Source of the DNA: Runella sp.
Lineage (GTDB): Bacteria > Bacteroidota > Bacteroidia > Cytophagales > Spirosomataceae
Direction: 5' to 3'
DNA: 36,596 bases
NCBI GenBank assembly: GCA_039810845.1
Contig: JBDHXS010000001.1
Span: forward strand, 1 to 36,596
The translations under genes were made by a program, and so were the position numbers. This document shows positions 18,630 through 29,061 of the stretch, in pieces. Numbering within the stretch: position 1 is the stretch's first letter; each line of letters starts with the position of its first letter. The notes below the pieces were generated by a model that was not told the origin of the DNA, searched no databases, and saw only the letters and a program-made list of their open reading frames with translations.

Positions 18630-20228
18630 ATGTCTGATTTAGCAACGATGACCCCGAAAACGCAGAAAAAGCAAAGTTTGGCTGCTATCATCGCCGCCTC
18701 CTCGGTTGGAACCATGATCGAGTGGTATGACTTCTATATCTTTGGAAGTTTGGCTACCATTATTGCCACTAAATTTTTCCCCGCAGGCAATCCCACTGCG
18801 GCCTTCCTTTCCACTTTGCCTACATTTGCCGCTGGTTTTGTGGTAAGACCATTCGGTGCCATTTTCTTTGGCCGACTAGGCGATTTAATTGGCCGCAAAT
18901 ATACTTTTATGGTCACCCTATTATTGATGGGAGGAGCTACTTTTTTGATTGGTCTTATTCCGAGTTATGAAACCATCGGTTTTCTGGCACCTACTTTGGT
19001 TCTTTTACTTCGCTTACTTCAAGGGTTAGCCTTGGGTGGTGAGTATGGAGGTGCTGCTACGTACGTTGCAGAACACTCTCCAGCCGACAAACGCGGATTC
19101 TGGACCTCTTGGATTCAAATCACGGCTACAGCGGGTTTGTTTGTATCGCTTATTGTGATTCAACTGACCCAAAACAGCATGTCGAAAGAGTCATTTGCGG
19201 AATGGGGTTGGCGTGTTCCGTTTTTGGTCTCTATCTTGATGGTGTACGTTTCGGTATTGATTCGAAAAAATATGCACGAGTCGCCATTGTTTGCCAAAGC
19301 GAAAGCAGAAGGAAAAACATCAACCAATCCGCTCAAAGAATCTTTTGGCAACCGTTATAACTTTAAATTTGTCCTTTTAGCTTTGTTAGGTGCCACTATG
19401 GGACAAGGAGTAGTATGGTACACGGGTCAATTTTATGCCCTGAGTTTCTTACAAAAAGTAATGGCTATTGACCTCCAACAATCCAACGAATTGATGACCT
19501 ACGCCTTGATGCTGGGTACTCCTTTCTTTGTTTTGTTTGGTTGGTTATCTGACAAAATTGGTCGAAAAGGTATCATGTTGGCAGGTATGCTAATTGCTAT
19601 TGTCTCGTATCGAATCATTTACGAAAAAATGTACCAAACCACCAATGTCATAAATAAAACCGAGATAGTAGAAAAAACCACAGTTGATATCACTCGTGCT
19701 TTAGATAAAAAAGAGGGTATAGAAACCAAAGATTCACTTATCACGATTACAACTAAAAAGGAATTTACGGACGGAACAAAATACGAAGAGAAGAACATCA
19801 GTAAGGTCTTAGCCGATGCTTCAGCAGAACCCGTAAAACCTGAAATCAAGAAAACTGTAATCATTAACGACAGCGATAAATGGACGTTGATTTGGTTGGT
19901 ATTTATTCAAGTGATTTTCGTTACGATGGTATATGGCCCAATTGCTGCCTTCTTGGTGGAAATGTTTCCTACTCGAATCCGCTATACGTCTATGTCATTG
20001 CCTTATCACATTGGAAATGGCGTATTTGGTGGATTGCTACCTACGATTGCCACGGCTTTGGTAGCCTCGGCGGGTAAAGCCAACGATGCGGCCAAAGAAG
20101 CAGGTACAGCACTTCCTAACGCAGCTCCCTATCTAGAAGGGCTTTGGTATCCCATTGTAATTGCAAGTATCTGTTTCGTGATTGGTTTACTGTACATCAA
20201 CGTCAAAGACCGCAATACAGACGACTAA
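18630..20228 (+). CDS. MFS transporter, metabolite:H+ symporter (MHS) family
   Basis: GTMIEWYDFYIFG, VRPFGAIFFGRLGDLIGRK, RLLQGLALGGEYGGA, WGWRVPF, EMFPTRIRYTSMSLPYHIGNG. Confidence 0.93.
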   Translation: MSDLATMTPKTQKKQSLAAIIAASSVGTMIEWYDFYIFGSLATIIATKFFPAGNPTAAFLSTLPTFAAGFVVRPFGAIFFGRLGDLIGRKYTFMVTLLLMGGATFLIGLIPSYETIGFLAPTLVLLLRLLQGLALGGEYGGAATYVAEHSPADKRGFWTSWIQITATAGLFVSLIVIQLTQNSMSKESFAEWGWRVPFLVSILMVYVSVLIRKNMHESPLFAKAKAEGKTSTNPLKESFGNRYNFKFVLLALLGATMGQGVVWYTGQFYALSFLQKVMAIDLQQSNELMTYALMLGTPFFVLFGWLSDKIGRKGIMLAGMLIAIVSYRIIYEKMYQTTNVINKTEIVEKTTVDITRALDKKEGIETKDSLITITTKKEFTDGTKYEEKNISKVLADASAEPVKPEIKKTVIINDSDKWTLIWLVFIQVIFVTMVYGPIAAFLVEMFPTRIRYTSMSLPYHIGNGVFGGLLPTIATALVASAGKANDAAKEAGTALPNAAPYLEGLWYPIVIASICFVIGLLYINVKDRNTDD

Positions 20229-20323
20229 TCTACAATTGGAAAGGCAATCGTCTGTCGGTTTTGAATCGACAGACAATTATCTCAAAATAAATCCATTTTT
20301 AAGATACAAAATTAGAACACAAA

Positions 20324-20548
20324 ATGAACGCAATAAAAAGATTCGCAGGCATTCTTTGGTTATTAGCGGGGGCTGTAGCAGGGTATTATCTACTGGTAGA
20401 GCAAGCCCTCCCGAAATTTGGTACAGGCAAACCCGAAGATTTGATTCCAGCAGGCATTTACACCTTTATCCTTTGTCCGTTGATTGTAGGCAGCTTGGCT
20501 ACCTTTGGCATTTACGCACTCAAAGGAGAGTACGACAGTGAAAGTTAG
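20324..20548 (+). CDS. Small two-TM membrane protein (resembles DUF6814 family)
   Basis: Two hydrophobic helices, ending FGIYALKGEYD; follows the MFS gene; family name from recall. Confidence 0.7.
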   Translation: MNAIKRFAGILWLLAGAVAGYYLLVEQALPKFGTGKPEDLIPAGIYTFILCPLIVGSLATFGIYALKGEYDSES

Positions 20549-20639
20549 GTTTAGGGTTTAGTGGCAAGAATGGTTGTCGAAAAGTAATATCTGGCAACCA
20601 TTTTATTCCATTTTTTAGGCTATTTCTTCATTTACATTC

Positions 20640-20849
20640 ATGAATTCGACCCAAAAGGCAACATTGATTGTGTTATGTGGAGTAGCAATACTCCTTTTCA
20701 ATACACCTGTACTTTCTATTTTCAATATCTCAACTTTTGTGGGAGGTATTCCTGTATTTTACTTGTATTTATTTGGGGCATGGCTCTTTATCATTCTGGC
20801 TACAGCTTGGGTGGTTCGCCGCACCAATAATGAAGCAGAAAATGAGTAG
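20640..20849 (+). CDS. Small two-TM protein of the type that accompanies solute:sodium symporters (DUF3311/CbrX-like)
   Basis: LLFNTPVLSIFN...GGIPVFYLYLFGAW; stop codon overlaps the kinase ATG. Confidence 0.72.
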   Translation: MNSTQKATLIVLCGVAILLFNTPVLSIFNISTFVGGIPVFYLYLFGAWLFIILATAWVVRRTNNEAENE

Positions 20850-23556
20850 CGGTTGGATTATATGTCTGTCGTTAGTCTATTTGCTGTTGCTGTTTGTAAT
20901 AGCAAATTGGGCAGAGCATCGCTCTTTAATCAAACGAAGTCTTGTCAATAATCCCTACGTATATGCTTTGTCATTAGCTGTCTATTGTACTGCCTGGACA
21001 TTTTATGGAAGCGTGGGGCGAGCTGCCGAAACTGGCGTAGATTTCCTGTCTGTTTACATTGGACCGACGCTAGTAGTACCGCTTTGGTGGATTGTTTTTC
21101 GGAAAATCATTCGCATTTGTAAAGTTCAACGCATTACTAATATTGCCGATTTCATTTCGGCTCGCTACGGGAAAAACCGTTCTTTGGGCGTAATCGTTAC
21201 AGTACTTTGTCTGTTGGGTATTATTCCTTATATCTCTATTCAGTTAAAGGCTATTACGAGCAGTTTTCTGATTTTATCGGGTGAAACTACTGCTGTCAAA
21301 TCATCTTTTTGGGAAGATCAATCGTTTTACATTGCCTTGGCCTTGATTGTGTTTGCCATTTTGTTTGGGACTCGAAAACTCGAAGCCAACGAGCGGCATG
21401 AAGGCTTGGTAGCCGCCATTGCTTTTGAATCATTGGTTAAGCTTTTTGCCTTTTCTGCAATCGGTGTTTTTGTTACCTACGGTATTTTCAATGGTTTTGG
21501 CGACATTGTATCCCGTGCTTCTACAGTGCCTGACCTCCGAAAAATATTCGTTTTACCAGAAGCCCAAACGGGTAGTTGGTTTTGGCATTGCTTTTTAGCC
21601 GCCATCGCTATTTTGTTCTTGCCGCGCCAATTTCAAGTCACGGTTGTTGAAAACGTGAATGAAAATCATTTGCGTAAAGCGCAGTGGCTATTCCCACTTT
21701 ATTTGTTGATTATTAATATTTTCGTAATGCCTATTGCATTGGGAGGGAAACTGTTATTTGCCAATAGTAACGTCAAAGCCGACAATTTTCTACTTGAAAT
21801 TCCTCTGTATTTCAAACAGGAAGGCTTGGCTTTTTTGACTTATTTGGGCGGTTTTTCAGCAGCAACGAGCATGATTATTGTCGAATGTACGGCATTGACG
21901 GTTATGTTTAGTAATAACCTCTTGATGCCACTTTTAGTAAGTCGCCCAGGTTGGCAGGAGCGCCTCGGGCAATCTACTGGTAATTTTGTCATTACAGCAA
22001 GACGGTTGTTCATCGCGGTTATTATTTTGTTGGCGTATGTTTACTACCGAAACGTTAGTGACAGATATTCATTGGTTTCCGTGGGGATGGTCTCCTTTGC
22101 AGCGGTTGCACAATTAGCCCCCGCTGCCATTGGAGGCATATTTTGGAAACGCGCTTCATTAGTGGGAGCGATAGGAGGTATTTTGATGGGTGGATTGATG
22201 TGGCTTTACACCTTAATTATTCCTTCCATGGTTTCCAATGGTTTTATTTCCACCGATTTCTTGAGTTATGGCCCTGCCTATATTCATTGGCTGCGCCCCG
22301 AAGCACTCTTTGGTTTAGAAGGAATGGATAATCTCTCTCACGGTGTTTTTTGGTCACTTTTATTTAATGTCTCTTTTTATATATGGGGTTCTTTAAATTT
22401 CAAGCAGAGTGCTTCAGAACATAACCAAGCGGCTTTGTTTGTAGATATTTTCAAATATGATACTTCCTATGAAAGCTCTGTAGCCTGGCGTGGGAAGGCA
22501 CTAGTAAGCGATTTAACATCGTTATTGGGTAAGTTTTTTGGTCAGGTTCGTTCCGAGCGTGCCCTCAATCTGTATGCACGCCGAAATAAACTAAATCTAA
22601 AAACGCGTTATGCGTCACCTCAATTAGTCAATTATACCGAAAAAATGCTCAGCGGAGCTATTGGAGCTGCATCGGCCCGTATCGTGGTTTCGTCGGTAGC
22701 TGAAGAAGAGCAAATTACGGTCAATGAAGTGATTGATATTTTGAAAACCTCCCAAGAACTACGCCTTGTCAATCAGGAACTGACACGAAAGTCGTTGGAA
22801 TTGGAGCAAACAACAACAAAACTTCAGCAAGCCAATGAGTTACTAAAAATAGCCGACCAGCAAAAAGACGATTTTTTATCGACCGTTACTCACGAAATCC
22901 GCACACCGCTTACCTCTATTCGGATGTTATCGGAGATTTTGCAAACCAACCCCGATTTAGAAGAAAATCAACGAAGCCATTTCCTTAATACGGTTATTAA
23001 AGAAACAGACCGCCTAACTCGGCTTGTCAATGAAGTGCTTGATTTAGAGCGATTTGAGTCCGGTCGTTATTTGTTAAATTTTGAAACTGTTCAGCTTGAA
23101 GATGTTATTAAAGAATCGCTCAATGCTATAGAACAATTGGCCAAAGACAAATCTGTAAAAATTCAGTACAGTGTTGAGAGTACTTTACCAGCTATTGAAG
23201 GCGACCGCGACAGGTTAATGCAGGTTTTTATTAATCTCATTTCCAATTCTATTAAGTTTTGTTACCCAGAAATCGGAATAATCAAAATACAAGTTAGTCA
23301 AAATTATCCTACTGTTCGGATTCAAATCATAGACAATGGCATTGGAATTGACCCACAATTTCACGAACTTATCTTTGATAAATTTTACCAAACTACCGAC
23401 CAATCTATCCGCAAACCAAAAGGAAGTGGATTAGGATTAGCCATCACAAAAAAAATCATTGAATTGCACCAAGGAACGATTAAAATAGAAAGCAAACCCG
23501 AACAGGGAGCGACTTTTACATTTGAAATCCCTATCGGTCAGACGAAAACCATTTAA
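20842..23556 (+). CDS. SLC5 (Na+/solute symporter)-STAC-histidine kinase fusion, CrbS/MxtR/CbrA-like
   Basis: YALSLAVYCTAWTFYGSVG, NIADFISARYGK, LPRQFQVTVVEN; STAC-like EKMLSGAIGAASAR; H-box THEIRTPL, N-box NLISNSIKF, DNGIGI, GSGLGL; start could be 20830 or 20842. Confidence 0.92.
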   Translation: MSSGWIICLSLVYLLLLFVIANWAEHRSLIKRSLVNNPYVYALSLAVYCTAWTFYGSVGRAAETGVDFLSVYIGPTLVVPLWWIVFRKIIRICKVQRITNIADFISARYGKNRSLGVIVTVLCLLGIIPYISIQLKAITSSFLILSGETTAVKSSFWEDQSFYIALALIVFAILFGTRKLEANERHEGLVAAIAFESLVKLFAFSAIGVFVTYGIFNGFGDIVSRASTVPDLRKIFVLPEAQTGSWFWHCFLAAIAILFLPRQFQVTVVENVNENHLRKAQWLFPLYLLIINIFVMPIALGGKLLFANSNVKADNFLLEIPLYFKQEGLAFLTYLGGFSAATSMIIVECTALTVMFSNNLLMPLLVSRPGWQERLGQSTGNFVITARRLFIAVIILLAYVYYRNVSDRYSLVSVGMVSFAAVAQLAPAAIGGIFWKRASLVGAIGGILMGGLMWLYTLIIPSMVSNGFISTDFLSYGPAYIHWLRPEALFGLEGMDNLSHGVFWSLLFNVSFYIWGSLNFKQSASEHNQAALFVDIFKYDTSYESSVAWRGKALVSDLTSLLGKFFGQVRSERALNLYARRNKLNLKTRYASPQLVNYTEKMLSGAIGAASARIVVSSVAEEEQITVNEVIDILKTSQELRLVNQELTRKSLELEQTTTKLQQANELLKIADQQKDDFLSTVTHEIRTPLTSIRMLSEILQTNPDLEENQRSHFLNTVIKETDRLTRLVNEVLDLERFESGRYLLNFETVQLEDVIKESLNAIEQLAKDKSVKIQYSVESTLPAIEGDRDRLMQVFINLISNSIKFCYPEIGIIKIQVSQNYPTVRIQIIDNGIGIDPQFHELIFDKFYQTTDQSIRKPKGSGLGLAITKKIIELHQGTIKIESKPEQGATFTFEIPIGQTKTI

Positions 23557-23628
23557 CCTATCTTGGTATTATTGATTTTTTTAACAATTTTACACCATTA
23601 TAATTTGAACGCATTAAATTTCACGCCG

Positions 23629-24009
23629 ATGTTAAGTAATGTCAAAGTCTTGATAGTGGACGATGAACCCAGCATACTCATGTCATTGGAGTTTTTGATG
23701 AAGAAAGAAGGATATCGCGTTTTTATCGCTCGCGATGGTGAAGAAGCCTTCGATATCATTAAAAGCGAAATACCCGATGTGGTGTTACTGGACATTATGA
23801 TGCCTAAAGTGGATGGCTATCAAGTCTGCCAATTTATTAAAAGTAGCTCTGAATACACTCATGTGAAGGTCATTTTTATGAGTGCCAAAAGCAAAGAAGC
23901 TGATATGAAAAAAGGACTTGAGTTAGGCGCTGATATGTATATATTTAAGCCTTTTTCTACTCGCGATTTGTTAAATAAAGTAAATACAATGGCATTGAGT
24001 ACTATCTAA
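23629..24009 (+). CDS. Single-domain response regulator (receiver only)
   Basis: VLIVDDE, LLDIMMP, SAK, KPF motifs; about 126 aa with no output domain. Confidence 0.92.
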   Translation: MLSNVKVLIVDDEPSILMSLEFLMKKEGYRVFIARDGEEAFDIIKSEIPDVVLLDIMMPKVDGYQVCQFIKSSSEYTHVKVIFMSAKSKEADMKKGLELGADMYIFKPFSTRDLLNKVNTMALSTI

Positions 24010-24043
24010 CAGGTCTTATTCCTAGAAAATATTTCCATTAAAC

Positions 24044-25978
24044 ATGAATAGTTTGAACACTTCGCCCATCAGCTACGCTGACTGGTATGGTCAGAGTATT
24101 GCCCAACCTGAAGAGTTTTGGGCGAAACAGACAAAACAAATTGCTTGGTATCAATCACCAACTCAAATTCTTTCCACCAACGAGCAGGGGTTCTACCGTT
24201 GGTTTGAAGGGGGAATACTCAACACCTGCTATTTAGCCGTTGACTTCCACGTCGAAAATGGCCGCGCCAATCAAACTGCTCTCATTTATGATTCACCCGT
24301 CACCAATACTATTCGCCATTATAGCTACGCAGAAGTACAAGATGAGGTGGCTAAAATTGCGGGGGCTTTGCGTACCTTGGGCGTTAACAAAGGAGATTGT
24401 GTGGTGATTTATATGCCGATGGTTCCCGAAGCTGCCTTTGCCATGCTCGCCTGTGCGCGGTTGGGAGCGGTTCATTCTGTGGTTTTCGGAGGCTTTGCCC
24501 CGCACGAATTGGCCATTCGTATTGATGATACCCGTCCTAAAGTCATTATTTCGGCTTCCTGCGGAATTGAATTTGACAGAATAATACCTTATAAACCCTT
24601 GCTTGATGAGGCTATTCGACAAGCTGAATTTAAGCCTCCGCATTGCCTCATTCTTCAACGCCCCATGTGCCAAGCCGAAATGCAAAATGGACGAGATGTG
24701 GACTTTGCAGCGGCGGTGGCTAATGCCTCTCCAGCCGCCTGTGTACCTGTAGCCGCTACTGACCCACTTTATGTACTTTACACCTCTGGAACCACGGGAA
24801 AACCAAAGGGAATTGTCCGCGACAATGGAGGCCATGCCGTAGCACTAAAGTTTTCGATGAAATACATTTATGATATTGACCCAGGAGATACTTATTGGGC
24901 TGCTTCTGATTTGGGTTGGGCTGTTGGGCATTCGTATATCGTTTATGGCCCTTTGATTCATGGTTGTACAACTATTTTGTTTGAAGGGAAACCCGTCCGT
25001 ACCCCCGATGCTGGTACGTTTTGGCGAGTCATTTCTCAGCATCAGGTCAAGGTGTTTTTTACTGCTCCCACGGCTTTTAGAGCCATCAAAAAAGAAGACC
25101 CGACCGCCGAATATCGCCAAAAATATAATTTAAACTGTCTCAAACAAATATTTGTCGCAGGCGAACGCTGCGACCCTCCCACACTACAATGGTTACAAGA
25201 AATCACGGGTGTAGCTATCATTGACCACTGGTGGCAAACCGAATCGGGCTGGCCGATGATTGCCAACATGACGGGGATTGAAACGTTTCCCATCAAAGCA
25301 GGCTCGGCCACTAAACCCGTATGTGGCTTCGATATCCAAATTTTAGACGATAACGGACAAGAACTTCCAGCCAATCATGAAGGTTTCGTCTGCCTTAAAC
25401 TACCCCTTGCCCCTGGGTGTTTGCCTACACTTTGGAACGACGATGAGCGTTTCCGCCAATCGTATTTGTCTAAATTTCCTGGCTATTACCTTTCTGGTGA
25501 TGGGGGCTATATAGACGACGATGGTTATGTATTCATTATGGGGCGTGTGGACGATGTGATTAACGTAGCTGGGCATCGCTTGTCCACGGGCGAAATGGAG
25601 GAATTTGTAGGAAGTCATCCCGCTGTGGCTGAATGTGCCGTGGTGGGTATTGCCGACGAGCTCCGCGGACAACGCCCCATAGGTTTTGTTGTACTAAAAG
25701 ATGGTGCAAACATAAACGAACCTACCATTGAAACTGAGTTGATTGCCGTAGTTCGTGAACAACTTGGCGCCTTGGCTTATTTCCGTAATGCCCTTGTTGT
25801 AAAGCGGCTCCCCAAAACCCGTTCAGGCAAAATTCTTCGTAAAACTATCCGCCAAATTGCTGATGGTGAGCCGTATAGTATCCCCTCCACCATTGACGAC
25901 CCCATAATTTTGACAGAAATCGAAGAAGTGTTAACAAAACGGGGAATTGGGAAAGCATTTGAAAATTTGGAGCCTTAG
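24044..25978 (+). CDS. prpE: Short-chain acyl-CoA synthetase, propionate-CoA ligase (PrpE/ACSS3)-like
   Basis: YTSGTTGKPKG, DHWWQTESG, GRVDDVINVAGHRLSTGEME, LPKTRSGKILR; substrate (acetate vs propionate) cannot be proven from sequence. Confidence 0.8.
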   Translation: MNSLNTSPISYADWYGQSIAQPEEFWAKQTKQIAWYQSPTQILSTNEQGFYRWFEGGILNTCYLAVDFHVENGRANQTALIYDSPVTNTIRHYSYAEVQDEVAKIAGALRTLGVNKGDCVVIYMPMVPEAAFAMLACARLGAVHSVVFGGFAPHELAIRIDDTRPKVIISASCGIEFDRIIPYKPLLDEAIRQAEFKPPHCLILQRPMCQAEMQNGRDVDFAAAVANASPAACVPVAATDPLYVLYTSGTTGKPKGIVRDNGGHAVALKFSMKYIYDIDPGDTYWAASDLGWAVGHSYIVYGPLIHGCTTILFEGKPVRTPDAGTFWRVISQHQVKVFFTAPTAFRAIKKEDPTAEYRQKYNLNCLKQIFVAGERCDPPTLQWLQEITGVAIIDHWWQTESGWPMIANMTGIETFPIKAGSATKPVCGFDIQILDDNGQELPANHEGFVCLKLPLAPGCLPTLWNDDERFRQSYLSKFPGYYLSGDGGYIDDDGYVFIMGRVDDVINVAGHRLSTGEMEEFVGSHPAVAECAVVGIADELRGQRPIGFVVLKDGANINEPTIETELIAVVREQLGALAYFRNALVVKRLPKTRSGKILRKTIRQIADGEPYSIPSTIDDPIILTEIEEVLTKRGIGKAFENLEP

Positions 25979-26001
25979 AATGTCTTTTAAAACAATAACT
26001 T

Positions 26002-28872
26002 CTAATTTCCTCCCAATTCTAATTTCAAAAATTTCCCTGTAAAACTCTCTTTTACCTTCACTACTTTTTCGGGTGTGCCTTCGGCGATGATACGCCCACC
26101 AGCTTTGCCGCCTTCGGGACCGAGGTCTATGACATGGTCGGATACTTTGATAACGTCCATGTTGTGTTCAATAATAAGAACCGTATTTCCTTTATCAGCC
26201 AGTTTGTTTAATACTGCCAATAAATGCTGAATATCCTGAAAATGTAGCCCCGTGGTAGGTTCATCCAAAATGTAAAGAGTTTGCCCTGTATCTTTTTTGG
26301 AAAGTTCTTCGGCCAATTTGACTCGTTGCGCTTCGCCGCCCGATAGCGTAGTCGCATGTTGACCAAGGGTGATATATCCCAATCCTACATCGTTGAGCGT
26401 GGTTACTTTTCGGAGTATTTTCGGAATACTTTCAAAAAACTCCAATGCTTGCTCAACAGTCATATCCAATACATCGGCAATGGATTTTCCTTTGAAACGT
26501 ACTTCCAGTGTTTCTCGGTTAAAACGTTTGCCCTTGCAAGTATCACAGTCCACATAGACATCGGGCAGGAATTCCATTTCAATTTTTTTCATTCCTGCTC
26601 CCTCACAATCTTCGCAGCGACCGCCTTTTACATTAAACGAAAAACGTCCAGGCTTATACCCTCTAATCTTCGCTTCGGGCAATTCAGCGTACAGCGAACG
26701 GATTTCGGAAAACAAATTGGTATAAGTAGCTGGATTTGAACGCGGCGTGCGACCGATAGGGGATTGATCCACTTCAATCACCTTGTCAATTTGTTCCAGC
26801 CCTTCTACACTTTTATATGGCAGAGGCTCACGTTTGGAATTATAAAAATGGCGATTCAGAATCGGAAAAAGGGTTTCGTGAATCAAAGATGACTTACCAC
26901 TGCCACTTACACCCGTCACACAAATCATTTTGCCCAAGGGCAAGTTGAGCGTTACATTTTTAAGATTATGACCCGTGGCTCCTTTCAGAACAATGTTTTT
27001 TCCATTGCCTTCACGGCGTTTTTTAGGGACTTCAATAGCTATTCTTCCACTAAGATAGTCGGCGGTGAGAGAGCCGTTTTTCAAAAATTCGTCAGGAGTA
27101 CCGTGACCAACTATCTGCCCGCCGTGGCGACCTGCCCCAGGGCCAATGTCAAGAATATAATCAGATTCGAGCATCATGTCTTTGTCATGTTCTACGACTA
27201 AAACCGTGTTTCCCAAATCCCGCAGTTTTTTCAAAGAATCAATAAGTCGAACATTGTCGCGCTGATGGAGACCAATACTCGGCTCGTCCATAATGTACAA
27301 TACGCCTGTAAGCTGTGTGCCGATTTGCGTGGCTAAACGAATACGTTGCGCTTCACCGCCCGAAAGCGTTTTCAGTGGACGATTTAACGTAAGATAATCC
27401 AAGCCTACATCCAATAAAAAACCGACGCGTTTGCGAATTTCTTTCAATACTTCTCGCCCAATTAATTGCTGTCGCTCGGTGATGCGTTCTTCCAAACCGT
27501 CTAACCAATTCCACAAATCCCGAATATCTGTTTCGGCCAATTGTGCAATATTCTTATCGTCAATTTTAAACCAAAGTGCCTCTTTTTTGAGGCGCGTTCC
27601 TGCACAATCGGGGCATGTTGTGATGGTCATGAAATCTTTGAGCCAATCCTGAATTTTTTCCGATCCGTTTTCCTGTTGACGGCGCAAAAAAGTGATAATG
27701 CCTTCGTATTTAGAATTCCACTCGGTGCCTTCATATTTTTTTGACGGCACAGGCACGGGTTCATCCGTACCATTCAACATAAGGTCAATGGCCTCGGGTG
27801 GAAACTTATCAATCGGAGTACTGAGGGTTACTTTAAATGGTTTGAGTAATACTTCCAACTGTTTGAAAATCCATAAATCACGGTATTCGCCAATAGGTGC
27901 AATGGCTCCACGGCTCAAACTGAGGCTTTTATCAGGGATGACACTTTCTTCGGTAATTTCTTCTACTACGCCCAAACCCTGACAGGTAGGACACCACCCA
28001 TAAGGAGAGTTGAATGAAAAACTATTAGGTGCAGGGTCGTCGTAGCTGATCCCAGCTACAGGATCCATGAGGTTTTGAGAAAAATAATGCACTTCGTTTT
28101 TGGCATCCAACAACATCATTACCCCTTTTCCCTGTTTCAAAGTAGTTGCTACCGATTGGCTCAGTCGAAAACGTGATTGTGAGTCTTCGGCGTCTTTTTT
28201 TGGAATGAGTCGGTCTATCACAATCTCAATGTCATGGATTTTGTAGCGGTCGAGCTGCATTTTTGGCGTGATGTCTTGCACCTCGTTATCCACACGTACT
28301 TTGGTATAGCCAAGTTTGGCGATTTGAACAAACAATTCCCGATAATGCCCTTTGCGGCCTTTTACAACGGGGGCGAGAAGCGTTGTTTTTTGGTTTTCAA
28401 ACTGATTGAGAATCTGATCTATGATTTGATCTTGCGACTGTTTCACCATCGGGCGACCCGTAACATAGCTGAAGGCGTCGCCCGAGCGAGCATACAACAA
28501 ACGCAGAAAATCATAAATCTCAGTGACAGTTCCGACGGTAGAGCGGGGATTGCGCGACGTGGTTTTTTGCTCAATACTAATGACAGGACTCAAACCTTCG
28601 ATTTTATCCACATCGGGGCGTTCCATATTACCCAAAAAACCCCGTGCATATGCCGAAAAGCTTTCCATGTAGCGACGTTGGCCCTCGGCATAGATGGTAT
28701 CAAAGGCCAACGATGACTTACCGCTACCGCTGATACCTGTCACCACTACGAGTTTGTTGCGGGGAATAGTGACGTCAATATTTTTAAGATTATGTTCGCG
28801 GGCACCCATGACCTCTATTTGGTCGTGGCCCGTCAATTCGATGTCTGTTAGGGTAGGTTTGTGATTGTCCAT
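26002..28872 (-). CDS. uvrA: Excinuclease ABC subunit A
   Basis: GAREHNLKN, two GxSGSGKSS Walker A motifs, two LSGGEAQR signatures, Zn-finger CxxC pairs; ATG 28872 preferred. Confidence 0.98.
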   Translation of the reverse strand: MDNHKPTLTDIELTGHDQIEVMGAREHNLKNIDVTIPRNKLVVVTGISGSGKSSLAFDTIYAEGQRRYMESFSAYARGFLGNMERPDVDKIEGLSPVISIEQKTTSRNPRSTVGTVTEIYDFLRLLYARSGDAFSYVTGRPMVKQSQDQIIDQILNQFENQKTTLLAPVVKGRKGHYRELFVQIAKLGYTKVRVDNEVQDITPKMQLDRYKIHDIEIVIDRLIPKKDAEDSQSRFRLSQSVATTLKQGKGVMMLLDAKNEVHYFSQNLMDPVAGISYDDPAPNSFSFNSPYGWCPTCQGLGVVEEITEESVIPDKSLSLSRGAIAPIGEYRDLWIFKQLEVLLKPFKVTLSTPIDKFPPEAIDLMLNGTDEPVPVPSKKYEGTEWNSKYEGIITFLRRQQENGSEKIQDWLKDFMTITTCPDCAGTRLKKEALWFKIDDKNIAQLAETDIRDLWNWLDGLEERITERQQLIGREVLKEIRKRVGFLLDVGLDYLTLNRPLKTLSGGEAQRIRLATQIGTQLTGVLYIMDEPSIGLHQRDNVRLIDSLKKLRDLGNTVLVVEHDKDMMLESDYILDIGPGAGRHGGQIVGHGTPDEFLKNGSLTADYLSGRIAIEVPKKRREGNGKNIVLKGATGHNLKNVTLNLPLGKMICVTGVSGSGKSSLIHETLFPILNRHFYNSKREPLPYKSVEGLEQIDKVIEVDQSPIGRTPRSNPATYTNLFSEIRSLYAELPEAKIRGYKPGRFSFNVKGGRCEDCEGAGMKKIEMEFLPDVYVDCDTCKGKRFNRETLEVRFKGKSIADVLDMTVEQALEFFESIPKILRKVTTLNDVGLGYITLGQHATTLSGGEAQRVKLAEELSKKDTGQTLYILDEPTTGLHFQDIQHLLAVLNKLADKGNTVLIIEHNMDVIKVSDHVIDLGPEGGKAGGRIIAEGTPEKVVKVKESFTGKFLKLELGGN

Positions 28873-28897
28873 GAATTGGTAACGCAAAACGAAAGCG

Positions 28898-28905
28898 CAA
28901 AGTTA
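28898..28905 (-). promoter_or_regulatory. Candidate -7 promoter box for uvrA
   Basis: TAACTTTG on the - strand 25 nt upstream of ATG 28872. Confidence 0.6.
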
Positions 28906-29061
28906 CCAACTATTCGGCGCGAATGTGAGGAGTAGCTTTATTTTCGGGAGGTAATGGTGATTTTTTAGAGGGGATAGTATCAAAATGAATTCCTTCTATT
29001 GAGACGCGAATCAATTTACCAGATTAGAGTAATGCCAAGTGCGTAGCGAACTGTATTGTCA

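Noticed and set aside
20737-20829. Longer kinase N-terminus from GTG 20737
   Set aside because: It overlaps the 69-aa membrane ORF; the SLC5-like sequence begins at about MSSGWII (20842)
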